Below, piece after piece: positions 1 to 8,347 of a DNA stretch of 24,000 bases. The stretch spans positions 25,947 through 49,946 of the forward strand of contig JADMIJ010000012.1 in NCBI GenBank assembly GCA_015478655.1, written 5' to 3'. A program made the translations under genes and the position numbers. Position 1 is the stretch's first letter. Each line of letters opens with the position of its first letter. The stretch comes from Acidimicrobiales bacterium (GTDB taxonomy: Bacteria; Actinomycetota; Acidimicrobiia; Acidimicrobiales; RAAP-2). The notes under the pieces are model-generated. The model was not told the origin of the DNA, ran no database searches, and worked only from the letters and a program-made list of their open reading frames with translations.

Positions 1-176
1 CCCACCCCGTCGGAGTGACATGCTCCCAAGGGCACTCGTTCTTCCTCTCGGCGGCCGTCCACACGATTCACCGCGACGGTACGGTGACGCCAAGCGTCGT
101 CTGCTCCGATGCCGCCAGTGGATGTCCCTTCCACGAGTGGATACTGCTCAAGGGTTGGTCGAGTGAATGGTCCTGA
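1..176 (+). CDS. 3' fragment of a small Cys/His-containing phage-type protein, truncated by the window edge
   Basis: Frame 3 is open from the window edge to TGA at 174-176. It reads ...CSQGHSFFLSAAVHTIHRDGTVTPSVVCSDAASGCPFHEWILLKGWSSEWS, with mostly G/C third positions. Its end overlaps the ATG at 167 of the next ORF. It is absent from the ORF track because it has no start in the window. Any DUF6527-like resemblance is from memory only. Confidence 0.45.
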   Translation, partial: HPVGVTCSQGHSFFLSAAVHTIHRDGTVTPSVVCSDAASGCPFHEWILLKGWSSEWS

Positions 177-487
177 AGCGCGCCGACCTCGTGGGCTTTT
201 CGACCTCGGCGGGAGAGCCCACGCACGGGGGCCGCGCCGCCCTCGTCGACGCGCGCCCGGCCACCGAGTCCCCCCGCCCAGCCCTCGGCGATGACTACCC
301 GGACGCGAAGCGGTGCCCCGCGGTCGTCCGCCTGTCACCCCAATATCCGGCCGAGTCCCGGGAGCGCCGCATACGGATCCGCTGCAAGCGGCGGCGAGGC
401 CACGCGGGCCGCACGCACGTCGGGCGGATTGAGCCGTGGGACCTGCCGGGGGTCGGCGTGACGGTCCTCGTGCGCTGGGTCGCGTAG
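167..487 (+). CDS. hypothetical protein (106 aa)
   Basis: ATG ORF with very high G/C at third positions. It overlaps the stop of the upstream fragment and is convergent with the minus-strand gene ending at 495. No recognisable motif. Confidence 0.45.
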   Translation: MVLKRADLVGFSTSAGEPTHGGRAALVDARPATESPRPALGDDYPDAKRCPAVVRLSPQYPAESRERRIRIRCKRRRGHAGRTHVGRIEPWDLPGVGVTVLVRWVA

Positions 488-494
488 TCCGGGC

Positions 495-698
495 CTACTC
501 GGCCGGGGGATCCCGAGGCGTCTCGACCACGACGTCGGCGAAGTCGGAGACGGGGACCCGGCGGCGTAGCGGGAACTGGCCCAGCATCGCGGCCAGGATG
601 CTCGGGGGCAGCGAGATGGAGGTGCCGGCCGGGGCCGTGTTCGGATTCCCAGCGCCGGGCCCGAGCTTGCGGATCTCCTCGCGGTGTTTTCTGCCCAT
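495..698 (-). CDS. small hypothetical protein (67 aa), possibly ribbon-helix-helix-like
   Basis: ATG at 698, 13 nt after the stop of the 282-aa gene. G/C-rich third positions. The segment TSISLPPSILAAMLGQF resembles an RHH beta-strand/helix, but weakly. Confidence 0.4.
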   Translation of the reverse strand: MGRKHREEIRKLGPGAGNPNTAPAGTSISLPPSILAAMLGQFPLRRRVPVSDFADVVVETPRDPPAE

Positions 699-711
699 CG
701 ACGGCAGCGGC

Positions 712-1560
712 TCAGGCGGCGATCTCGGCGGCCATCACGAGGAAGCCGTAGGTCGCGTCCACGTCCGCCGAGGCGACCACCTTGACGCTGTCGGTCGCCT
801 TGAGGCGCACGTACTGGGGCCAGGTGATGTAGGAGCCGCCCAGCGCATGCGACGGCTGGGAGTGCGAGTACCCGCCGGTCGACTGCGTGGCGCCGAGCGC
901 CGCCGCGTGCGACGCGAGGACGAGGCCGTCGGAGGAACGGCTGATCTCCCCCGTGTAGGCCTTGTCGGCCTTGATGAAGGCGGAGCAGACGAGCCACTCC
1001 TCCCCGTCGGGAACGGGGTTGGAGGTGAGCTCGAAGCCCGTCGATTTCTTGACGCTATCCGTGAACCGTACCTCCGCCGCGTCGGGGCCCCGCCGGAGGC
1101 GGAGCGTGATCTCGGCCGAGGAACCGACCGCCAGGCTCCCCCCGTACTGCGCCTGGATCGACGGGGTGACGGGGATCGGCTGCGTCCACGCGGTCCACCG
1201 TTCGACGGGACTCCCGGCCGGGGGGCTCGACGTCGGCCCGCCGCCGCCGTAGATGGTCCCCGTGCGGCCGGCGCTGACGCCGGCGTTGACGAGGCCGTCG
1301 AGGTTCGGCGTCCACGCCTCCGGGATCGCCTGGTTGATGACCTTGTCGTAGACGAAGGAGCCCTGCTTCCAGGGGACGGCCACCGGGACGGTGTCGACGA
1401 TCTCCGCGGACTCGAGGTAGTAGAGCCTCCCCGCCGGTAGCATGGGGAAGAGGTAGTCGTCGGGGACGCCCTTGCCCCCGTATCCGTGCGTGGCGGTCCC
1501 GTGCCACAGGTAGCTCTCCGCGATCAGGCTCGCCTCCGGGGTGTCGAGATTCGACGACAT
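712..1560 (-). CDS. hypothetical beta-rich protein (282 aa)
   Basis: ATG at 1560 is preceded by GAGGAG 5 nt upstream. The peptide is clean, non-repetitive and rich in G/S/T/V. No catalytic motif recognised. Confidence 0.6.
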   Translation of the reverse strand: MSSNLDTPEASLIAESYLWHGTATHGYGGKGVPDDYLFPMLPAGRLYYLESAEIVDTVPVAVPWKQGSFVYDKVINQAIPEAWTPNLDGLVNAGVSAGRTGTIYGGGGPTSSPPAGSPVERWTAWTQPIPVTPSIQAQYGGSLAVGSSAEITLRLRRGPDAAEVRFTDSVKKSTGFELTSNPVPDGEEWLVCSAFIKADKAYTGEISRSSDGLVLASHAAALGATQSTGGYSHSQPSHALGGSYITWPQYVRLKATDSVKVVASADVDATYGFLVMAAEIAA

Positions 1561-1609
1561 GCGGCTCCTCGGGGGAGCAAAGACGACCGCGTACTTAGAG
1601 GGGCGGGGC

Positions 1610-1900
1610 TCACAGGGGCTTGTGCGTCAGCACAAGGGCGAGGAGCCCGAGGCCGGCCCCGACGTAGTACATCGTGAGGTCCAGGACCCCTCCCCACACG
1701 GTCGCTCCCTGCTCCGTCCGGAGGTCGAGCCAAAACTCCTTCCAGACCTCGAACGCGAAGAGGCCGCCGTAGGCGACGCCGACGGCGTAGAGGCTGCCGG
1801 GGAAGTACGCCGAAAGTAGGTAGAATAGGTAGGCGCCGATCAACGCGTGGACCATCTCGGCGGTGATGAGACCGAGTTGGCCCGGTGTGAGCTTCGCCAT
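1610..1900 (-). CDS. small integral membrane protein (96 aa, about 3 hydrophobic segments)
   Basis: ATG at 1900 lies 1 nt after the TAG (1902-1904) of the UbiA-like gene. Hydrophobic stretches include ALIGAYLFYLLSAYF, AVGVAYGGLFAF and YYVGAGLGLLALVL. Confidence 0.6.
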   Translation of the reverse strand: MAKLTPGQLGLITAEMVHALIGAYLFYLLSAYFPGSLYAVGVAYGGLFAFEVWKEFWLDLRTEQGATVWGGVLDLTMYYVGAGLGLLALVLTHKPL

Positions 1901-1901
1901 C

Positions 1902-3068
1902 CTAGACCCCCGGGGCCCACGCGGAGCCTGTCGACCAGAGCGCGCGGTTTAGCACGGTGAACCACAGGACCGGGAGGACGATGAAGGCGACCCACAGCCA
2001 CGGCCAGAGGGCCGGGACGAGGGCGAGCACGAGCAGCAGGTAGCTCGTCGCCTCGCCCAGGCCCATGATCCGCACCCGGCGCGGCCGGTCGAACGGGCCG
2101 GGGCGGAGCAGGTGGAGGGCGTAGAACGAGAACACGATGTAGGACGCCCACCCCACCACGATCCCCCACGGCGGTCCGGCCACGGCCCACGCGACGACGC
2201 CGAGCGCGAGGGCCTTGCCCCCGGCGAGCCCGTACGCGAACAGCGAGGCCCGCACGCCGGGGAACAGCCAGTCGGCCGTCAGGCCGGCGCCGCTCTCCGT
2301 CACCGTCACCACGGCGCCCCCCTCCCGGGCCGCCTTGAGGAGCCCCGCGAGGACCGGCACCGGCGGCTCGATCCTCGCGCCGAGGCGGCGGAGGATGTTC
2401 CCCTCGTTCGCCTGGGCCAGCTCCTTCGTCTCGCCCGCGACGGCGATCTGGAACGCCGTCATGGCGAAGGCGTAGACCACGACCGCCCACACGAGCACGC
2501 CTGGGGCCCTGCCCCACGCGAGCGCGGACGCGAGGAAGGCCAGCGCGAAGGCGCCCGAGATCTCGAGGACCGCGAGGGGCTTGTTCCGCTTCCCGAGGAA
2601 GTTGTACGCGTGGCCGAGGAGGATGTACCCGGCGAACGGGGCCAGCGCGACCCAGGCACGGGAGACACCCACCAGCGAGATCATCAGTACGATTCCCGCG
2701 ATTTGTAGTGCCGCGACGAGCGTCCATCCCGAGCGGAGGGAGACCCGGCCGGCCACCACGGGGTGGTCGGCCTTCGCCGGGTCGAGCCGGTCGTACGCGA
2801 TGTCGGTGAGGGAGTTCTCCCCGAACCCCGCGAAGTGGCAGAGCACGCCCAGCAGGGCAAAGACCGGAAGGGTCCACAGCGGCGCCCCGCCGACCCACGC
2901 CGCGAGGGGGAACCCGGCCCCCTCGACGGCGGCGGTCTGGGCGCGGAAGAGGCGGAGCGCGTCCCGCGGGCCGACGGTCACGGCCTCCCCCGCCGTCGCA
3001 GGAGCCCCCGCAGCCCGAGCGGCGTGTGGGGCCGCGTCCCCCGGGGGTGCACCCCGCCGCACACGCAC
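1902..3068 (-). CDS. UbiA-superfamily polyprenyltransferase-like membrane protein
   Basis: The first Asp-rich motif NSLTDIAYD (NxxxDxxxD) at 2790-2816 is followed by HPVVAGRVS. A degenerate second motif GETKELAQANEGNILRRLG is present. The protein is polytopic and hydrophobic throughout. The start is uncertain: GTG at 3068 or GTG at 2981. Confidence 0.7.
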   Translation of the reverse strand: MRVRRGAPPGDAAPHAARAAGAPATAGEAVTVGPRDALRLFRAQTAAVEGAGFPLAAWVGGAPLWTLPVFALLGVLCHFAGFGENSLTDIAYDRLDPAKADHPVVAGRVSLRSGWTLVAALQIAGIVLMISLVGVSRAWVALAPFAGYILLGHAYNFLGKRNKPLAVLEISGAFALAFLASALAWGRAPGVLVWAVVVYAFAMTAFQIAVAGETKELAQANEGNILRRLGARIEPPVPVLAGLLKAAREGGAVVTVTESGAGLTADWLFPGVRASLFAYGLAGGKALALGVVAWAVAGPPWGIVVGWASYIVFSFYALHLLRPGPFDRPRRVRIMGLGEATSYLLLVLALVPALWPWLWVAFIVLPVLWFTVLNRALWSTGSAWAPGV

Positions 3069-3126
3069 AGGAACCCGAGGGGCCCGGCCGTCTCGCGGAG
3101 CTTCGGGAGCCGCACGACGGCGGGCA

Positions 3127-3588
3127 TCAGGCCGGGCCCCCGCCGCCGCCGTCGGCGACCCGCGACACCTCGACCACGACGCCGGGGTCGCCGTAGTCCT
3201 TCGACGCCGTGAGCCGGACGACCTGGGAGTCGTCCATGAACACCACGCCGGAAAGTGCGTCCAAAACCGCTCGTACGAGTTTGTCCACGTCGGGCTTCCG
3301 GTCCGGCCAGATCCTGACCGCCCGCTTCTTCTTCCCCCTCCCCACCGTGGTCGGCCGGCTCCGCGGCTGGGGCAGGCGGAAGGCGAGCGCCACGGAGACC
3401 GGGCCGTCCCACACCGGCGTCGGGGCGTGTGGCTGCGCGGCCGACGCGACCGCGCCGCGCCAGTCGCGGAGCGGCCCCGACGACCGGTTGAAGAGGTGGG
3501 CCCGGCCCCCGGCCATGCCGACCTTCAGCGCGCCCTGCGGAGCGGGAAAACCTCGGACCTCAAAGCGGATCGCGCCGTCGTCGGTCAC
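3127..3588 (-). CDS. rusA: RusA-family Holliday junction resolvase
   Basis: GTG start with GGAG about 9 nt upstream. Carries the diagnostic C-terminal motif RKPDVDKLVRAVLDALSGVVFMDDSQVV. Confidence 0.85.
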   Translation of the reverse strand: MTDDGAIRFEVRGFPAPQGALKVGMAGGRAHLFNRSSGPLRDWRGAVASAAQPHAPTPVWDGPVSVALAFRLPQPRSRPTTVGRGKKKRAVRIWPDRKPDVDKLVRAVLDALSGVVFMDDSQVVRLTASKDYGDPGVVVEVSRVADGGGGGPA

Positions 3589-3606
3589 GCCCTGCGCTCC
3601 GGGTGT

Positions 3607-3624
3607 GAAAGCGGTGTCGCTTTC
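3607..3624. terminator. 7-bp stem-loop in the radical-SAM/RusA spacer
   Basis: gaaagcg-gtgt-cgctttc is a perfect inverted repeat. It lies in the only sizeable gap (3589-3709) of this operon. No U-tract follows, so its function is uncertain. Confidence 0.3.
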
Positions 3625-3709
3625 GGAAACGGTGCTCTAAACCATAAGGACAGCGGACGGGAACCACCGTCTCGGGTAGGACCACCGACCCTGTCCGCTC
3701 GGAAATCGC

Positions 3710-4792
3710 TCACGGCGCCTCGCCGACCGGGTGGCGTTCGAGGTACGCCTCGAACGTGTGGTTCCGGAAACTCGCCGGTCCCCGGTTGACGTACCGGGCG
3801 AAACGGTTCAGCCACGGGTCGTCGGTCCGCATGTTGTCCCGCATGACGAACGGGTGGACCCCGAACTCGCCCCACAGGACGTCGAACCGGAGCCTGACCT
3901 CGTCGTGGCACCGGCCGCACGAGTGCCCCCCGTCCGCATAGCCGCACGGATCGCCCGTCGGGTGCCGCCCGCCCTTGGGCGGGTGCCCCGACAGGATGTA
4001 ACAGGTGATCTCCTTCGGGTCGAACCCGGCCCGCAGAAGGCGGGGGACGGCCCTCCTCACCTGCGGCTCGATCCCGATGTAGTCCCATGCGATGTAGAGT
4101 TTCCGGTTGTCGAACTTCAGACTCCACGGCTTGTGGTCGGCGAGGATGCCGGCGAGCTCCTCGCCGTGGTCCTCCCCCTTCGGAGGACCCGCCAGTATCC
4201 GGGCGTCGTAGCCCTGCGTGATAGAGTACCTCCGTCCGGAGTCGCGGAACCATCCGATGACGTCACGCTGCAGCGCCGGGGGATGCGCGGCGAACTCGTT
4301 GTCGAGGAGGAGCACTTTCGAGAGGCCGGACGGGACCCAGTCCCGCGGATGGCGGAACGGGTACCGGGACATGGCCCCCTCCTTCCGGGACACCAGACAG
4401 AAGTCGCACGCGCGGATACAGCCCCGCTGGCAGAACCCGATCGCGCGGTCGTCGCCGTAGAGGTCGTAGTCCGGCAGGGTCGCGTCGACATCGGCGGGGA
4501 GCGTGGACCACGCCCCGGCGGGCTTTCCCCAGTCGACCCCGCTCCCGCCCAGACGGACGTCCGGGCAGGCCCGGGAGAGACCACGGGCGACCGCCTCCGC
4601 CGTGGGCCGGTTCCACGAGAACACGCACGATACGTAGGCCCGGTCCGGCTTCCCCGCGTCGAGCGGAACCTCCGGCCGGGCCATGCCGCAGGACAGCGCG
4701 ACGGAGTCGCCCCGGACCCTGTGCCATGCGGCGAGCTGCATCAGCGCGAGGTTCGGGATCGTCGAGTCGTGGTCGACTAGCAGGACCCTCAC
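3710..4792 (-). CDS. radical SAM enzyme with an N-terminal Rossmann/B12-binding-like domain (COG1032-like)
   Basis: CIRACDFC (CxxxCxxC) is encoded at 4397-4420. The N-terminus [23 protein letters not shown] resembles class-B/COG1032 radical SAM proteins. The GTG start (4790-4792) overlaps the TGA (4789-4791) of the upstream MTase. The 859-aa ORF in the track is a chimera; only its 3' 1083 nt look like coding sequence. Confidence 0.8.
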   Translation of the reverse strand: MRVLLVDHDSTIPNLALMQLAAWHRVRGDSVALSCGMARPEVPLDAGKPDRAYVSCVFSWNRPTAEAVARGLSRACPDVRLGGSGVDWGKPAGAWSTLPADVDATLPDYDLYGDDRAIGFCQRGCIRACDFCLVSRKEGAMSRYPFRHPRDWVPSGLSKVLLLDNEFAAHPPALQRDVIGWFRDSGRRYSITQGYDARILAGPPKGEDHGEELAGILADHKPWSLKFDNRKLYIAWDYIGIEPQVRRAVPRLLRAGFDPKEITCYILSGHPPKGGRHPTGDPCGYADGGHSCGRCHDEVRLRFDVLWGEFGVHPFVMRDNMRTDDPWLNRFARYVNRGPASFRNHTFEAYLERHPVGEAP

Positions 4793-6702
4793 GGCGCCCC
4801 CGCGAACTCCGTCAGCCGGGCCTGCGCCGGGTGGCTCGCCGTCCGGAGCTGTGCCACGTGCGCGGGCGAGACCACGCCCGCCTCGGCGATCCGTTGTTCG
4901 ATGAGGGGGACGTACGCCGGGTTCAGCTCGATCCCGATGGACCGGCGGCCGAGGCGCTTCGCCACCGCGAGCGTAGTCCCGCTCCCGGCGAACGGGTCCA
5001 AAACCACGCAGGGGACCGTCGGCCGGCACGCGCACCCGGGCCACGACACGTCGGCCTCCACGATCTTGTACGTCTCCTCGACGGCCTTCCCGGCCCCGCC
5101 GTAGGCCTCGACCTCCTCGTCGGTCGCGTCGGCGGCCGCGCCCCCGAGGCCGGACTTCTGGCCGAGGATGCCCTTCTTCGCGTCGCGGACCCGGATGTTC
5201 ATCGTGGAGACGCGCTTCCGGACCGTCCTGTGCGTCCACGACGCCCCGCACTTGTCGCAAGGGTCCTTGCTGCACCCGCAGGTCGGCGTCCAGCCGACGG
5301 TGATCTTCTCGAACATGCCGGCGAGGATGCGGCGCTTGACGTCCGACGCGTTCTCCGCGCCGGTCCCCTCGTAGTCCTTGACCGCCCGCCCCGAGTACTC
5401 GCCGTCGGCGTCGCCGCCCGAGGCGACCTGCCACTCCCGCTGGGGATTGCCGAGCCCGACGACCCGCTCCCACGGCGCGCCGCACTCCGGGCAGGCGCCA
5501 CGCTCGGACGTCCCGGCGAGGAGGCATATCTCGGCGAGGCGCTCGGGGAACACCGCGAAGTGGGCGCCCCTGTACCCCTTCGTCGGGATCGTCCAGACGG
5601 AGCGGAGGTTCCGGCCCGAGCCGGCCTCCAGCGGCAGGTCGGTCGCCTCCCGGAAGCTCGGGTTCTGCTTGACGCCCGACCCGGACCCGGCGTGCTTGCG
5701 CGCCATGTTCTCGAGGGCCCGCCGGGCCGAGCGGCTGGGGTTCGTCCCGCGGGAGTAGTCCTTCGGGCCGCCGGTCTGCTCCCACAGGGACCTCTGCGAC
5801 AGGCGCAGGTGCGTGCCCTCGGACAGGGGCTCCCGCACCGCGTCGGCGTCGTAGAAGTACCTCGGCGACCTCGTCAGGTGGAACACGTACGAGTGGGCAC
5901 GGGTCGTGCGGTCCTTCGTCGACTCCGGCATGGGGTTCTGGTGGTTCCAGATGTTGTCCTGCCGGAGGTACCACCCGTCGCCCTGGAGGGCCAGGGCGAC
6001 GCGGAACGGTATCAGCGCGAGGTCCTTCTCCTTCAGCTCGTCGTTGCGCTTGTCCATCAGCCCGGCCTGCTCGTGCCCGGTCAGGTCCCGGTTGCTCAGC
6101 GTCGAGGCGGCCCACCGCCTCGGCCCGGTCAGGCCGGCCGGGTGGGTCGAGTACGTGTCCCCGATCTCGAGGAAGAACACCCCGTCCTCGCGGAGCACGC
6201 GGCGGACCTCCCGGCACACCGAGACGATGTGCGCCACGTAGAGGGAGGGTGTCGGCTCCAGGCCGAGGGAGCCGAACCACGCGTCGCACCTGGAGCAGAA
6301 CCTCCCGCCGATCGCCTCGTAGTTCCCCGCCGATGGCAGGTTGCCCTCGTCGGCCTCCTTACGGGCACGGCGTGGCGGGGTCGCCACCCACTCGTGGGCG
6401 CATGGGGGGTCACCGCCCCAGAGCACCTCCTGGCCGGGTATCTTCCCCGTCCCCCCGCACCACTGGCAGTCGGGGTCTGGCTCCTTCTTCCGGACGGCCC
6501 CGTCGGCCCTCCTCGGCGGGGGGTGCTCCTCGTCGCCCCGGACGTAGTCCTGCGAGCAGACACAGAGGTCGTACCTCCTCAGTCCCCAGAAGGCCGGACT
6601 CGTCGCGACGCACTGGACCGATCCGCCGGGGAGCTTCCGCAACCAGTCGAGGACGTCGCCCCGCAGGACCAGCGGCTCGGGGCCGGTCGGGAGGTCGGTC
6701 AC
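4789..6702 (-). CDS. DNA methyltransferase, N4-cytosine/N6-adenine family (PF01555-like, beta class) with Cys-rich insertions
   Basis: Motif IV-like TSPAFW occurs near the N-terminus. [38 protein letters not shown] and [10 protein letters not shown] are present, as is motif [30 protein letters not shown] near the C-terminus. Zn-ribbon-like CPECG and CDKCG inserts are present. The GTG start (6700-6702) overlaps the ASCH stop. Confidence 0.85.
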   Translation of the reverse strand: MTDLPTGPEPLVLRGDVLDWLRKLPGGSVQCVATSPAFWGLRRYDLCVCSQDYVRGDEEHPPPRRADGAVRKKEPDPDCQWCGGTGKIPGQEVLWGGDPPCAHEWVATPPRRARKEADEGNLPSAGNYEAIGGRFCSRCDAWFGSLGLEPTPSLYVAHIVSVCREVRRVLREDGVFFLEIGDTYSTHPAGLTGPRRWAASTLSNRDLTGHEQAGLMDKRNDELKEKDLALIPFRVALALQGDGWYLRQDNIWNHQNPMPESTKDRTTRAHSYVFHLTRSPRYFYDADAVREPLSEGTHLRLSQRSLWEQTGGPKDYSRGTNPSRSARRALENMARKHAGSGSGVKQNPSFREATDLPLEAGSGRNLRSVWTIPTKGYRGAHFAVFPERLAEICLLAGTSERGACPECGAPWERVVGLGNPQREWQVASGGDADGEYSGRAVKDYEGTGAENASDVKRRILAGMFEKITVGWTPTCGCSKDPCDKCGASWTHRTVRKRVSTMNIRVRDAKKGILGQKSGLGGAAADATDEEVEAYGGAGKAVEETYKIVEADVSWPGCACRPTVPCVVLDPFAGSGTTLAVAKRLGRRSIGIELNPAYVPLIEQRIAEAGVVSPAHVAQLRTASHPAQARLTEFAGAP

Positions 6703-7009
6703 CGGACCACCTCGAACCGGACGACGGTCACCTCGAGGAACGGGTCCCACTCCCCGTGAAGGAGCTGCCACTGGTCCATGAAGTCCTCGACGGACCGGCA
6801 CCCCTCCCGGCGGGCGGCGGCGTCGGTGATCCCGTGCAGCGGCTCGCGGCGCACCGAGAGGACCCGGACCTTCGGGTCGCCCGGGCGAACCGGCTGGTCC
6901 TCGTGCGGTAGACGCCGCCGACGCGGACGTGCGGCCGCTTCCAGACCCGGCGGGTCTCGGTCTTCCGCCCCCGGACGATCTTGAGGAGGTTCTGCTGGGT
7001 GAAGATCAC
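6699..7009 (-). pseudogene. ASCH-domain protein whose reading frame is broken once (-1/+2) near 6879-6900
   Basis: The N-terminal half (GTG at 7009) reads [34 protein letters not shown]. The C-terminal half is in another frame: [59 protein letters not shown], ending at TGA 6699-6701. Each frame reads as low-complexity junk beyond the junction. Confidence 0.65.
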
Positions 7010-8346
7010 GGGCAGTCCCCCGTCAGCCGCCGGTGTAGTAGTCGCAGAGCGACTCCAGCTTGGAGAGGCGAGCAAGAGTTGCCGTAAGCTCGGAGCTGGT
7101 CATTTCTCGCGCCTCCGCCCACACGGGGCTCGGAAACCCCATCAGCCACGCTACGAACCGGCTCGACAGTCGCGGGCGCGAGGTCGGGCCACCGGGCGAG
7201 GACCCGCTCCCACTCCTCCCGCTCGCCCGGGCCGGGAGGCCAGAGTGGGATACCTGCTCGTTCAGGGGCCTCGCGTTCCTGCCCATCGTCGCCGCCGACG
7301 CCTCCCCGCTCCGGAAGTCCCGCGCCGCCGGCGTCGCCCACATCTCGATAGCCTGCCCCGTGAGGTGGTCCTTGTCCACCATCCCCCGGTGCTCCCCGTA
7401 GATCGCCCGCGGCGTCCGCCACCGCTCCGCGAACCCGTCGAGGGAAAGACCCTGCCGGCCGTCCGATGCGTGTCGGCGGTACGTCGGCCCCCGGACCGCG
7501 CGCGGGCTCGGCCAGTTCGTCGAGCCCTCGTTCGTGAACTCCGCCGCCCTCGTCAACGTGTCCCCCCGGCGGCGGTCCTCGCTCGGCCCCGCGTGCGCCT
7601 GCTCCGACGCTTGGGGCGTCGGCCACCGCGTCACGGCCTTGGACAGCGCCTCGTGGACGTTCGCCGAGTTCGCCTGCTGGCGCTCCTCCGCCCTCGGCGT
7701 CGGCCAGTTCCTCACCGCCGTATGCAAACTGTAGTCGGTCGTCGACCAGGTCCGGTTGTGGCTCGACTCGCCCGGGCCGTCCGACGCCCTCGGAGTCGGC
7801 CACGCCGTCCCGGCGGCGGGCGAGCGCGAACCATCGTCGCCTGAGGTGGGGCGCTCCGACGTCCGCCGCGGCCAGTACACACCATTCCGTATCGTACCCG
7901 AGTCGGACCAGGTCCCCGAGAACCTCCGCGTGGGCTGATCCGTCAGAGACCGTGAGAAGGCCCGGTACGTTCTCCAAACAGACGTACTCGGGTCGTACCT
8001 CGCCAACGACACGGGCGACCTCGGGCCACAACCACCGTTCGTCCGACGGTCCGGCGCGCTTGCCGGCCGTGGACGACGGCTGGCACGGGAATCCGGCGGT
8101 GACCATGTCGACCCGGCCTCTCCAATCGGCGGCAGGGAAATCTTCGACACGGCCGCAGAAAATAGGAAACGGCTCCAGGGTCTCGTCCTCCATCCTCGCC
8201 AGGAGGACGGCACAGCAGTATGGGTCCCACTCGACTGCACATACCACGCGGGCTCCGGGGAAGGCGATGGCGACGCCTGCGTCGAGTCCGAAGACTCCTG
8301 TGAACAAGCTGAGTATTCTGGGCGCAGAACCGTTGGGATCAGCCAC
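7006..8346 (-). pseudogene. dcm: DNA (cytosine-5) methyltransferase whose conserved motifs are distributed over two reading frames
   Basis: Frame A (stop at 7006) carries FTGVFGLDAG (motif I), GFPCQPSS (IV, Cys at 8083-8085), CLENVPGLL (VI) and APHLRRRWF (VIII). At the 3' end it carries RNDQLRAYGNSCSPLQAGVALRLL (X). Frame B (stop at 7023) carries six W-P/A/R-T/S-P repeats (WPTPRASDG, WPTPRAEE, WPTPQASE, WPSPRAV, WRTPRAI, WATPAARD) and RFVAWLMGFPSPVW. See findings. Confidence 0.7.
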
Positions 8347-8347
8347 A

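Noticed and set aside
3661-3689. A direct repeat gaaccaccg / ggaccaccg, 18 nt apart, in the rSAM-RusA spacer
   Set aside because: Only 7-8 nt are shared in two copies. That is too short to distinguish from chance in G+C-rich DNA.
3710-6289. The 859-aa minus-strand ORF from the track
   Set aside because: Only the last 360 codons (from GTG at 4792) read like protein. Upstream of that the frame is R/G/P/A low complexity and overlaps the well-supported MTase gene in another frame. It is a high-G+C shadow extension.
4726-6759. The 677-aa plus-strand ORF antisense to the MTase
   Set aside because: The peptide is R/P/G/A-rich with no motifs. It is antisense to a gene with clear methyltransferase motifs. 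This is the typical antisense open frame of G+C-rich DNA. The same reasoning rejects 3731-4780(+), 436-1440(+), 335-997(-), 1840-2898(-), 2581-3789(+), 8588-9847(+), 9680-10690(-) beyond its last 60 codons, 10010-10953(+), 13751-14608(+), 15158-16465(-), 15687-16736(-), 20411-21361(+), 22186-22836(-) and 22329-23984(-).
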